Shown here: positions 36,096 to 48,311 of the stretch, in pieces
Layout of the letters: every line of letters starts with the position of its first letter
Position numbering within the stretch: position 1 is the first letter of the stretch
DNA from: Chrysemys picta bellii
Lineage: Eukaryota
Reading direction: 5' to 3'
Assembly (NCBI RefSeq): GCF_011386835.1
Contig: NC_088810.1
Span: 22,754,001-22,818,000, forward strand
Length of the DNA stretch: 64,000 nucleotides
Program-made: the position numbers and the translations under genes
Notes under the pieces: model-generated
Seen by the model: only the letters and a program-made list of their open reading frames with translations
Databases searched by the model: none
Told to the model about the DNA's origin: nothing

Positions 36096-37586
36096 CACGG
36101 TTACCTGTGCTGATGAGCTCGGCGTGGTCACCTGTGCTCTCCACGCTGAGCAAACAGGAAATGAAATTCAAACGTTCGCGGGTCTTTTCCTGTCTACCTG
36201 GTCAGTGCATCTGAGTTGAGAGTGCTGTCCAGAGCGGTCACAATGAAGCACTGTGGGATAGCTCCCAGAGGCCAATAACGTCAAATTCCGTCCACACTAC
36301 CCCAATTCCGACCCGCAAAGGCCGGTTTTATCGCTAATCCCCTCGTCGGAGGAGGTGTAAAGAACCCGGTTTAAAGGACCCTTTAAGTCGAAAGAAAGGG
36401 CTTCGTCGTGTGGACGTGTCCAGGCTTAAATCGATTTAACGCTGCTAAAGTCGACCTAAACCCGTAGTGTAGACCAGGCCTAAGTGATTAATGCCTGGGA
36501 GAGCAAACAGCTGTGCATATCTCTCTATCAGTGATCTAGAGGGCGAACAATTCATGAGTTTACCCTGTATAAGCTTTATAGAGAATAAAACAGATGTATT
36601 TGGGGTTTGGATCCCATTGGGAGCTGGGTGACTGGGTGCTGGAGACAGGTAACTTGCTGAGCTGTTTTCAGTTAAATCTGCAGCTTTGGGAGCATGGACT
36701 AGACCCTGAGTCTGTGTTGCAGCAGGCTAGCATGTCTGGCTCAACAAGGCAGGGTTCTGGATTCCCAAGCTGGCAGGGAAAACTGGCTCAGAGATAATTT
36801 CAGCACATCAGGTGACAGTCCCAAGGGGATCTCTGTGACCGAACCTGTCACAGCACCTACTTACTATATTAGAAGCACTTGGCCAGTTTCATGCTGAAAA
36901 GTTCTAAGTCTCTGTTCCTGCAAAATGTATTCACAGAGAAACTGAAAATTAAGAATTTCAAAAGTTCGTGGTCCTAGATTGCGCTTGAGACATATTCATG
37001 GGAACAGTGGTCCAGAGAATAGACAGTGAATACTTCTAAAAGCCAGGATTTTTCAAGATGTCTGAAGTTGGGCACCAAAATCACCAGTTGCTTTTGAAAA
37101 TCTTGGCCTTGTGGTTAGCCATAGATGTCTTGATTGATCTTTGGTAAATCAATATTCTCTCTCCTCTACCCATATGTAAAAAAGGTGGTGGGGCTAAATC
37201 ATTTACTCTGGGAGGATTACAATCTATTTATCTAGTTGAGAATGTTGCATAGTCCCCAGTATCACAGCATGAAGAGTTTTCCAAGTTGAACTTGTCGGAA
37301 AGAGGTGATCCTGGGTATTATTGTACAATGGATATAGGATTCGAGGAATCACAGAGCAATTCCTTTGTTCCAGAATTCCCATGAAATGTTCTCTAGTAAA
37401 TTTCATATACCCTTTTGTTCTTCCTATTCCCCTCATAAGAGGAAGTGTAGGTCTCTATAGCAACTTAAAATCCACCCTGGTAATGGTGAGGTATTTTGTT
37501 GAAAGTGAAGGGCCTTCTATACAGTGGTAAAGTTTGTTGGACTCTGATTTCTTCTTTCTTGAACCATCCTCGACTCCCAGGACTAA

Positions 37587-38668
37587 GTCCTCGTCTACAC
37601 TACGAGTTTAGGTCAAATTTTGCAGCGTTAGATCGATTTAACTCTGCACCCCTCCACACGACAAAGCGATTTTTGTCGTCTTAAGGGGGTCTTAAAATGA
37701 ATTTCTGTACTCCTCCCCTGACGAAGGGATTACCCCTGAAATCGACATCACCGGGTTGAATTTGGGGTATTGTGGACATAATTTGACAGTATTGGCCTCC
37801 GGGAGCTATCCCAGAATGCTCCATTGTGACAATTCTGGACAGCACTCTCAACCCAGCTGCATTGGCCAGGTAGACCGGAAAAGTCCGGCGAACTTTTGAA
37901 TTTTATTTCCTGTTTGGCCAGGGTGGCAAGCTGATCAGCACAGGTGACCATGCAGAGCTCATCAGCAGAGGTGACATGGAGTCCCAGAATCGCAAAAGAG
38001 CTCCAGCATGGACCGAACGGGAGGTACTGCCCCTGATCGGTGTATGGGGAGATGAATCCGTGCTATCAGAACTCCGCTCCAAAAGACGAAATGCCAAAAT
38101 ATTTGAAAAAATCTTCCCAGAGTCACTACCCTTGATAGCAGAATGTCAGTGATTGCATTGGCTACTTGAATCACGAACGTCTGTGTCCATGTCCTCATCA
38201 CAATCGTCCTCGTGCTGCCGTCTCTTGGCCAGATTCTGCACATACTGCAGGATAATGCGTGAGGTGTTTACAATGCTTGCAAGAGCAGCGGTGAGCTGGG
38301 CGGGCTCCATGCTTGCTGTGCTATGGCGTCTGCACCAGGCAAAAAGGCGTGAAATGATTGTCTGGAGTTGCTTTCACAGAGGGTGGGGAGAGTGACGACA
38401 TGAACCCAAAACCACCCGCAACAATGTTTTTGCCCCATCAGGTATTGGAAGCTTAACCCATAATTCCAATGGGCAGCAGAGACAGCGGGAACTCTGGGAT
38501 AGCTACCCACAGTGCACCGCTCCGTGAGTCGATGCTAGCCACGGTAGTGAGGATGCACTCCATTGTCTTAATGCGCTTAGTGGGGACATACACAATCAAC
38601 TGTATAAAATCGATTTATAAAAATCAACTTCTATAAAATCGACCTAACTTCTTAGTGTAGATATACCC
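37587..38668. mobile_element. Old Harbinger, doubly deleted (1.08 kb)
   Basis: Same ends and same Myb/transposase junction as 24020-25451, plus a further ~350-bp deletion at ~38174 (TCAC microhomology). Confidence 0.9.
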
Positions 38669-38671
38669 TTA

Positions 38672-40174
38672 GACATGTCAGATGTCTTCAAGTTACCAGG
38701 GCCTGATGAAATACGTCCTAGATTACTCAAGGAGCTGACTGAGTTGGTATCTGAGTCATTTGTGATCATGTTCGACAAATTACGGATTCCAGAGGACTAG
38801 GAAAGGCCAAATATAGTACCCAGGTACACAAAGGGAAATAAGGACCACCCAGTGAATTACAGACCAATCTGCTTAACTTCAGTACTTAGAAAAATAATGG
38901 AGCAAATAAGTAAGGAATCTAGACGATAACAAGGTGATATGTAGAAGTCAGCATGGAGTTGTCCAGAACAAATCATGTCAAATCAAACTAACATCTTTCT
39001 TTGGGGGAACGCAGTAGACCTAGTATATCTTGATTTAGTAAGTCTTTTGCATGACCTTTTCATAAACAAATTAGGGAAACGCCGATTCTGGTCCCGGCAA
39101 ACAAGCTACTATAAGGTGGGTGCATAATTGGTTGGAAAACCGTTCCCAGAGAGTAGCTATCAGTGGTTCACAGTCATGCTGGAAGGGCATAATGAGTGGG
39201 GTCCTACAGGGATCAGTTCTTTGTCCAGTTCTGTTCAATATCTTCATCGATGATTTAGACAATGGTATAGAGAGGACACATATAAAATTTGCGGATGATA
39301 TCCAGCTGGGAGGGCTTGCAAGTGCTTTGGAGGATAGGATTAAAATTCAAAATGATCTGGACAAACTGAAGAAATGGTCTGAAGTAAATAACATGAAATT
39401 TAATAAGGACAAATGCAAAGTATTCCATATAGGAAAGAACAATCAGTTGCACACATACAAAATGGAAAATGACTCCCTCAGATTGCCTGACTGCCTACTG
39501 CAGAAAGGGATCTGGGGATCATAGTGGATCACAAGCTAAATATGAGTCAACAGTGTAACACTGTTGCAAAAACCAAACCAAAACAAAAACCAATCATCTT
39601 TCTGGAATGTAGTATCAGGAGTGCTGTAAGCAAGAAATGCTGATTAGGCCTCAACTAGAGTATTGTGTCCAGTTCTGGGTACTGCATTTCAGGAACGATA
39701 TGGGCAAGTTGGAGAAAGTCCGGAGAAGAGCAACAAAAATGATTACAAGACTGGAAAACATGACCTATAAGGGAACATTGCAGAAATTGGGTTTGTATAC
39801 TCTGGAGAAGAGAAGACAGAGAGCGGGCATGATAACAGTTTTCAAGCACATAAAAGATTGTTAGAAGGAGGAGGGAGAAAACTTGTTCTCCTTAACCTCT
39901 AAGGATAGGACGAGAAACAATGGTCTTAAATTGCAGATGGGGCGGTTGAGTTTGGACATTAGGAAAAGCTTTCTAACTGCCAGGGTGGTTAAGCACTGGA
40001 ATAAATTGTCCAGGGAGGTTGTGGAATCTCCGTCAATAGAGATCTTTAAGAGCAGGTTAGACAAACACCTGTCACGGATGGTCTAGATAAAACTTAGTCC
40101 TGCCATGAGTGCAGGGGACTGGACTAGATGACCTCCTAAGCTCCCTTCCAGTCCTACATTTCTGTGAGTCTATG
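38672..40174 (+). mobile_element. CR1 LINE (unit 2)
   Basis: Paralog of 25455-26983, with ORF remnants 39120..39524, 39637..39864 and 39883..40086. Confidence 0.92.
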
Positions 40175-41664
40175 ACTGAGCGGATGTTTTCAGAAAACTC
40201 CCCACAATAACTCCAAGACCTTTCTTGAGTGGCAACAGCTAAATTAGACCCCATCCTTGTTCGTGTATAATTGAGATTATATTTTCCAATCTGTATTACT
40301 TTGAATTTGTCAACTTGAAATTCTACTACCATTTTCTTGCCCAGTCACCCAGTTTTGTAAGATCTCTTAGTAACTCTTTGCAGTACGCTTTGCACTTAAC
40401 TATCATAAATACTTTATGTGGTCTGCAAACTTTGCCAATTCAAAGTTTACCTCTTTTAGCAGATCATTTATGAATACACTGAAGAGCACTGGTCCCAGTA
40501 CAACTCCTTGAGGGAGCCCACTGTTTACCTCTTTCCACTTTGAAAACTAAAAGTTTCCTTTCTTCCCCTTTCCCATTATATATTAACCGGTTACTGATCC
40601 ATGAGAGAACCTTCCCTCTTACCCCATAACTCCTTAGTTTGTTTAAGAGCCTTTGGTGCGGGAGCTTGTCAAAGTCTTTCTCAAAGTCCAACTACACATT
40701 CTCCACTGGATCACGCTTGTCCATATATTTGTGGACTGATTCAAAGAATTCTAATGATTAGTAAGCCATGACTTCCCTTCACAAAAGCCATATTGACTCT
40801 TCCCCAGCGTATCACGGTCCTCTATATGGCTGATAATTCTGATCTTTACTATAGTTTCAACCAATTTACCTTGTACTGAACTTGAGATATTTAAAAAAAT
40901 TGGTGTCACATTAGTTATCCGCTAATCATCCGATAGAGGGGCTGCTTCTTACCACAATTAGTACTTAGGCAATTTCATATTTGAGTTCTTTCTGAACTCT
41001 TGGGTGAATACCATCTGGTCCTGGCGACTTATTACCATTTAATATATGAGTTTGTGCTATTGTCCTGGTCATGTGTCCAGCACAGTATTGTAACCCAGAA
41101 GGTATGTTTCTAAGGCCATTGAACTGATGGGAGAGACATTCATGCAGTTCGAAAGGGTGTTGGCTCAAACACAAAGTGTACAGCTAAGGGTGAGAATGGA
41201 CACCTGCAGATTAATGTCTTGCACCCCACAAGAATTCCACCTTGCTGCTAATTAGATACTAGTCGGGATTTAAAGAACAAAATGGAATCCTGCAGATCCC
41301 AGCAGATTGTAATATTGATACACCCCTGAGTCACCTTCATATTTTGAAGTTATTCAATGAAGAAGTAATGCAATGGAACTGGATTTATACCTCTGTCAAC
41401 ACCAAGGAGATTACTGAGATGATACCAGGAAGGTATGTTGCCCATAAAACTTTGAAATTTAAGGAACTTCAGGGTGTAATATGCATGTCATCCATAAGTG
41501 GAATTGAAAATTGAGTAATTGATCAACCATAGCAAAGCCATTACAATAATTAGAGGATAATAATAATTATCGTATTAAGCAAGGAAACATTTTGTTCTAT
41601 CACTGGTAATGCATGCAAGAAAACACTTTGTTTGCTTATTGAAAGGGTGTCTCCTATCCTTCCC

Positions 41665-41753
41665 ATTGGCTAAGAAAGCATATAAAAGTCTTGCAACTCT
41701 GGGTTGTTGTATCCACTCCTCTTGACTTCATCCCCTTGGTGTACTGGGTAAGT
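41665..41753 (+). promoter_or_regulatory. CBP copy 3 core promoter, exon 1 and donor
   Basis: ATTGG 41665, TATAAAA 41681-41687, donor 41747/41748, acceptor AG 42823-42824. Confidence 0.82.
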
Positions 41754-42844
41754 CTACTGAATTCAAATTACCCTAGTGGTCGCTTTAGTGATAGTTTTAA
41801 CTATGGATTGAACCTTCACCAATACTGTGTGATTTTAGCAATAATAATGAGGGTAGTTTTTATACAACTAGTCAGTTGCTGGCCTTGGTGGTGGAGGAAT
41901 TTAAACATATCATGCTGGGATTTTCAAATCCACATATGGGATTGGGACACCCATTTGCAATAAATATAATAGGGGGTAGTGCATGTAAATCCATTAGACA
42001 ATTATGAAAAATCTCAGCTTTAGGCTACTTTAGGAATGGAGAGTTTTATTCTGACACTTTATTGATAAATACAATTGCCAGACGGTCAGCTGACTTCACT
42101 GGACTCAGAGCTATTTGTCCAAGATGATCATCTGACCCTGCTGTTTCCATAAAAGGCTGGAGATCCGTTTTGAAATATAACAATTGAACAGCAACTTGAT
42201 TGTTCTTTTTAGTTTAGTGGATGATGAAGATCTAGATAAGTTTCAGAATTTAGAAGTGCTTTATAGGAATTTCCCTTCAGGGCAAATCTAGCCCCTAGTT
42301 TACTGATGGTAAGAAGAAATTCTCCTTATGAGCAGTTTCCTCCATAATGGGTTATGTCAGGGCTTCTATAATTTTCTCTGAAGAATGTCGTGCTGCACAG
42401 CATTAGAGACAGGACACTGGATGAGTTGGATCACTGAGCTGACCCACTATGGCAAAACTTAAAGTCTTATGTGTAGAAGTTGTAATCTCCGATACAGACC
42501 TTTAGCTGGTACAAGCTGGAATAGCAGTTTTGAATTAAAAGTAGCTCTCACTGACTTCAGAGAGTGTTGTGCAGCTTAATGGTTGCATTAAGCAGTGAAG
42601 AGGTAACTTGTTTTGAAATTGCTGGGATATTTTGTGTGTGTGTATCTGAAGCATAAGGGGAATGGGTGTGAATGAATAGAAGGAAGAAACGGGAGCATAT
42701 ATGTGGCCTTCAAAAAACCTACCTACCTATCTCGCCCCTCTTACTCTAAAACTCAAACCGTGAATCTCTTATTCCAATCTCAACTGTGTCTCATGGTTTC
42801 TTTACTCCCTCCTTTGTTTTTCAGGATTCTCTCCAACACAAAAG

Positions 42845-43387
42845 ATGTCTTACTGCCCACCCCAGGATTGTTATCCCGATATATGCCCACGTCCATGTAT
42901 TGACGTCCGCAACGAGCCGTGTATCTCATCATGCGGAGATTCGACTGCAGTGGTCTATGCGCCACCAGTTGTTGTGAGATTCCCGGGACCAACTATGGCT
43001 ACATGTCCTCAAGACAGCTTCGTAGGAAGCTCCTTACCAAATTTGCCAATTAGACCTGGGGGCTCATATGGTGGATCACTTACTTATGCGGGAGGTTATG
43101 GTGGTGGTTATGGGGGAGGTAACAGTGTTGTTGGTTCTGGTGGAGGATTCGGAGGCTCAACTGGTTATGGGGGAGTATATGGAGGTGGAGTCGGGGGTGG
43201 TTATGGGGGTGGTTACGGGGGTGGAGCTGGGGGTGGTTATGGGGGCGGAGCCGGGGGTGGCTATGGGGGTTGTTATGGAGGCTCATATGGTTCTGGAGGT
43301 TCACGTGGTTATAGCAAGAAGTCATATCGTAGCATTTGTGGAGGAGGATATTCTGGAGTCAACCGTGGAAACTGTGGGCCATGTTAA
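42845..43387 (+). CDS. Corneous beta-protein (beta-keratin), 180 aa
   Basis: Intact CDS with the same core ([14 protein letters not shown]), ending NCGPC*. ATTAAA at 43819. Confidence 0.96.
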   Translation: MSYCPPQDCYPDICPRPCIDVRNEPCISSCGDSTAVVYAPPVVVRFPGPTMATCPQDSFVGSSLPNLPIRPGGSYGGSLTYAGGYGGGYGGGNSVVGSGGGFGGSTGYGGVYGGGVGGGYGGGYGGGAGGGYGGGAGGGYGGCYGGSYGSGGSRGYSKKSYRSICGGGYSGVNRGNCGPC

Positions 43388-44958
43388 ACCCAGAAGAACG
43401 ATCCGAGGAATGAGAAACAATCAGGAAATGACAAGATAGAGATTCACCACTGATCTGATGGACAATGATGCCTACAACTCGACTTGCAGACTGTGGGTGT
43501 TCATCACCTGTATAAATCAGGCCTATCTGTGTCTTTCACTTGGTACATATTATTGTAGCTTTATGATCTAAAGGTTTTGCAGCTTACTCTTATGCTTTCT
43601 GCTATTTGACGTTGAACTGGCTAAAACAAGTCACTTGGTTGAAAAAGGGACATGATTTTCAAACTCAACAGCTTCAAGGCAGAAAGCAGATGATCTTGTG
43701 TGAAAAGCCTCACTTCGGAGCGGGTGATTGGTTCTTGCTCGGATTGTAACCCTGAAAATACATTCTTTGTACTCTGCGTTAATTCATTCTGCAAGTGTGT
43801 AGTCCACTGCTCATTCCCATTAAAAATTATTCTGCATCATAGCATTGGCCTTCTGGTTTTCCTTTCTCCTCCATTCTTTCTATCCCAACCAGTTTGGGTG
43901 AAATTCACCACGGTGATGGTGCTCTGTACATGCTCCCTGCACTACATCCCTCCAACTCAAGAGAATCCCTAAGCAGCAAAGTACATTAACTGGTCAATAC
44001 CATGGTGCTGGCCATCTGCCCAGGGGAGATAAGTACTAACTGTGGTAAGAAGAAGATATTCCCCCTTGCTCCAAAAGTCTCAGAAGGGAATTAGAATATA
44101 TTCCCCTGCTCTAAATATTACATAAAATTGTAGAATCCTTGAACTATAGGGCTGGAAGGAACCTTGGGATGTCACCAAGTTCAGCCCCCTGTGCGGCAGC
44201 AGGACCTGACCTGACTGGTCTTTGCCTAACCTCTCCTTCAATGATGGAGATTCCACAACTTCCCGTGAATGCCTGAAATCAACACTTTACAATCATTACC
44301 GTTAGAAAGTCATTGTTAATATCTAACCTGTATCTCCCATCATGCAGATTAAACCAATTACATCTCATCTTATCTTCAGTGGACGCAGAACAACTGATCA
44401 CCATGTTCTTTAAAACGGCCCTACACATACTTGAAAACTGTTATTTAGTCCCCCATCAGTCTGCTTTTCTTAACACTAAACATGTCCAGTGTTTTCAATT
44501 TGTCCTCAGAGGTCAGGGTTCTAAAACTTTTGTCATTTTACTAGCTCTCCTCTGGACTCTCTCCAGTTTGTCCACATCTTCCCCATTGAAGTGTGCTTGG
44601 CAAAATTGGGGACAAAACTCCAGCTGAGGCCTTTACTGAATTTCATTTTGTTGATTTCAGATGAAGTCTCCAATTAGTGAAGCTCATTTTGAATTCTCAT
44701 CCTGTCTTCCAAGGTGCTTCAACCCCTCTCAGCTTGGTGTCCTCTGCAAATATTATCAGTGAACTGTCCACTCCATTATTCAAGTTATTAGAGAAAATAC
44801 TGAAGAGTAAAAGACCAAGGATAATCTCCTCTGGCTACGTCCCATCCTCCTAGGTATAGCATCCTAGGTAATTTCCCTCCAGTTAATTTATGATAACCTT
44901 TAAGTGAATATGATGGAAAGGATTTTTAGTTGAATAATGAATTTTCTTCAGCTGACCC

Positions 44959-45676
44959 TGTGTCAATGCAATCCATATGTTTTATGGAAATGTGCTTTTG
45001 AGTGTGAATATGATGTAACTGGAACATGCTTCGTGCAAAAGGACTCTTGTAAGGTATCATATCAAACGTTATAACCTATAGGAATATATTTCTCCTATTT
45101 GGATGCATGTATCATTCTTGTATCTGAAGCCAGAAATATGAATTATAACTCTGAGGTCCGATTGTAATTATGCAAAGTGTGGGCCATTAATGGTGGTTTA
45201 GAATCTTGATGGTTCCCATTGACTAGGACAATTGGTTGTAAATGGTTTATTTACCTACACACCTTCCTGTGTAGGTGTGGGCCAACCCAGGAAGACTGGA
45301 GACTAGGGGTCTTACTCTGACATGTGACCATGTCACACGATACTGGAATCCATTTAATCCTTGTACTTTTCCATTGATGAGGCAGAGGTGGGGACAAGCA
45401 CAGACAAAAGATTCCCGCCTTGTGCCAAAGCTATAAAACGGGGTGGAGCAGGACAACGGGGGCTACCAGTCATGAGAAAACCCCTGCCTGCCACCTGAGA
45501 TGTCTGCTGGAACTAACAAGGACTGTACGAGGGGAAAGGATTGGGCCCAGATTAGGAAGGAGTCTAGTCTGTGAAAGGAGCTTATTGGAACATCTCTGAG
45601 GGTGAGATATTATCTGCAATCAGTATCTTAACGTATTAGGCTAAGACTTGCGTGTTTTTACTTTATTTTGCTTGGT
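44959..45676 (+). mobile_element. Solo LTR (unit 3), 3' part deleted
   Basis: Starts TGTGTCAATGC and is joined via a GT microhomology to CR1 sequence CCGGAGAAGAGC. Confidence 0.82.
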
Positions 45677-46122
45677 CCGGAGAAGAGCAACAAAAATGAT
45701 TACAAGACTAGAAAACATGACCTATAAGGGAAAATTGCAGAAATTGGGTTTGTATACTCTGGAGAAGAGAAGACAGAGAGGGGGCATGATAACAGTTTTC
45801 AAGCACATAAAAGATTGTTAGAAGGAGGAGGGAGAAAACTTGTTCTCCTTAACCTCTGAGGATAGGACGAGAAGCAATGGTCTTAGATTGCAGATTGGGT
45901 GGTTTAGATTGGACATTAGGAAAAGCTTCATAACTGCCAGGGTGGTTAAGTGCTGGAATAAATTGCCCAGGGAGGTTGTGGAATCTCCATCAATAGAGAT
46001 CTTTAAGAGCAGATTAGACAAACACCTGTCAGGGATGGTCTAGATAAAACTTAGTCCTGCCATGAGTGCAGGGGACTGGACTAGATGACCTCCTAAGCTC
46101 CCTTCCAGTCCTACATTTCTGA
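45677..46122 (+). mobile_element. CR1 3' fragment (unit 3); its tail is split by the Harbinger
   Basis: ORF 45840..46043 is a CR1 C-terminus. The tail continues at 51594. Confidence 0.88.
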
Positions 46123-46507
46123 GGCCTGGTCTACACTACGGGTTTAGGTCGACTTTAGCAGCGTTAAACCGAATTAAGCCTGGACACGTCCACACAACGA
46201 GGCCCTTTCTTTCGACTTAAAGGGCCCTTTAAACCGGTTTCTTTACACCACCTCCGACGAGGGGATTAGCGATAAAACCGGCCTTTGCGGGTCGGAATTG
46301 GGGTAGTGTGGACGGAATTCGATGTTATTAGCCTCCGGGAGCTATCCCACAGTGCTTCATTGTGACCGCTCTGGACAGCGCTCTCAACTCAGATGCACTG
46401 ACCAGGTAGACAGGAAAAGACCCGCGAAGGTTTGAATTTCATTTCCTGTTTGCCCAGCGTGGAGAGCACAGGTGACCACGCAGAGCTCATCAGCACAGGT
46501 AACCGTC

Positions 46508-48060
46508 ATGGAGTCCTCCCAGGATCGCAAAAGAGCTCCAGCATGGACCGAACGGGAGGTACGAGATCTGCTCGCCATATGGGGAGATGAAGCAGTGATA
46601 GCTGAACTCCGTAGCAGTAAAAGAAATGGAAAAGTATTAGAAAAGATCTCCAAGGCCATGAAGGACCGAGGCCATAACAGGGACACACAGCAGTGCCGCG
46701 TGAAAATTAAGGAGCTACGGCAAGCCTACCACAAAGCCAGAGAAGCAAACGGAAGGTCTGGAGCAGAGCCGCAAACTTGCCGCTACTACGCGGAGCTGCA
46801 TGCGATCCTAGGGGGTGCAGCCACCACTACCCCAACCGTGTGCTATGACTCTCTCACTGGAGAAACACACAGGGAAGACGGTTCGGGGAACGAGGAAGAT
46901 GACGATGGAGGTACTGTAGGTAGCTCACAGCAGCAAGGAAGCGGAGAAACCGGTTTCCCCAACAGCCAGGATATGTTTGTGACCCTGGACCTGGAACCAG
47001 TAACCCCCGAACTCACCCAAGACCCTCAGGGCACACAGGAGACCTCTGGTGAGTGTAACTTTGTAAATATTTGTAAACATTACAAAAAAAAAGCAAGCAA
47101 GTCTGTTAACGTGTATGGGGATGGAGCGGAAATCCTCCAGGGACATCTCCAGAAAGCTCTCCTGGTTGAAATGGGGTGATTTTATTAAGGGGGACATTTA
47201 GAGGCGCCCGTTCCTGCTATTCTGACCAGAAATGTTCCCCGCTGTTAACCACGCGGTGGGGGGGAGGGGTGAAGTGATCATCCCAGAGAATCGTGTGTGT
47301 GTGTGGGGGGGCTTTACTTGTGTTTGTGCCGCATGTTAACCGGGAAACCGCAGCCCCCTCCTTTTACATTGAAACCCCATTTTAAATGGACAACCCAATT
47401 CATCCTTGATATGGGAAATGCGCTGCTGTTTGCAACCTTTCCCGCATGCTAAGAAGGTTAAAATAGCCAAAACACTGTGGCCTACGATGGCTGCCTGCAA
47501 GCCGAAATATGCGACCTTGTAATGAAAGAGTGTACCCATTGTTCCCAAAAATGTGTCTTTTTTAACCACCTCTCCCTTCTCCTCCACCAGCTGCAAATGT
47601 TTCTCCTTCGCAGAGGCTCGTGAACATTAGAAAGAGAAAACGTAAGACGAGGGACGAGATGTTCACGGAGCTGCAGATGTCCTCCCACGCTGATAGAGCA
47701 CAGCAGAATGCGTGGAGGCAGTCAATGTCGGAGATGAGAAAAGCCCAACATGAACGAGAGGAGAGGTGGCGGGCTGAAGACGATAGGTGGCGTCAGCTTG
47801 CAGACAGACGGCAAGAGGCAATGCTCCGTCTGCTGGAGCATCAAAGTGATATGCTCGAGCGTATGGTTGAGTTGCAGGAAAGGCAGCAGGAGCAGAGACC
47901 GCCGCTACAGCCCCTGTGTAACCAACAGCCCTCCTCCCCAAGTTCCATAGCCTCCTCACCCAGACGCCCAAGAACACGGTGGGGGGGCCTCCGTCCACCC
48001 AGTCACTCCACCCCAGATGATCGCCCAAGCATCAGAAGGCTGGCCTTCAATAAGAGTTAA
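46508..48060 (+). CDS. Harbinger Myb/SANT-like DNA-binding protein, join(46508..47048,47591..48060), 336 aa
   Basis: WTEREVRDLLAIW..RDTQQCRVKIKELRQAY trihelix motif (Myb_DNA-bind_4 type). The phase-1 GT-AG intron (TCTG|GTGAGT..CCACCAG|CT) splices in frame to a basic NLS-like segment and coiled coil. AATAAA at 48152. Confidence 0.88.
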
Positions 48061-48311
48061 AGTTTTAAAATGCAGTATGTCCTTTTCCATCCCTCCTCCC
48101 CCACCCATCCCAGCTACCTTGGCAATTATCCCCCTACCTCTGTAAGGAACTAATAAAGAATGCATGAATGTGAAAAAACAATGACTTTATTGCCTCTGCA
48201 AGCGGGAGGGGAGGGGAGGGTGGGGTGGGGTGGTTGGTTTACAGGGAAGTAGAGTGAACCGGGTCGGGGGGGGGGGTTGGAGGGTTCATCAAGGAGAAAC
48301 AAACAGAAGTT

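Larger units (their letters stand above)
32790..36480 (-). mobile_element. Young PIF/Harbinger, transposase-deleted derivative (3,691 bp)
   Basis: Ends GGGTATGTCTACACTAC / GTAGTGTAGACCAGGCC, flanked by TTA / TAA at a site that is empty (AGAGTAAGTG) in units 1 and 4. The transposase ATG at 33961 (MEPAQITAAIMSTMNTTRIV) is joined at 34020/1 to the 3' UTR, a ~1.29-kb loss relative to the copy at 46123. Confidence 0.95.
31975..36852 (+). mobile_element. Solo LTR (unit 2), split by a Harbinger at 32790-36480
   Basis: Starts TGTGTCATTGCAC, ends CCTGTCACA. Contains TATAAA (~32448) and AATAAA (~32752). No clean TSD seen. Confidence 0.82.
26984..40174 (+). repeat. Tandem array unit 2 (13.2 kb including a 3.7-kb Harbinger)
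   Basis: Begins ACTGAGCGGATGTTTTCAG directly after the CR1(+) tail, with the same module order as unit 1. Confidence 0.92.
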
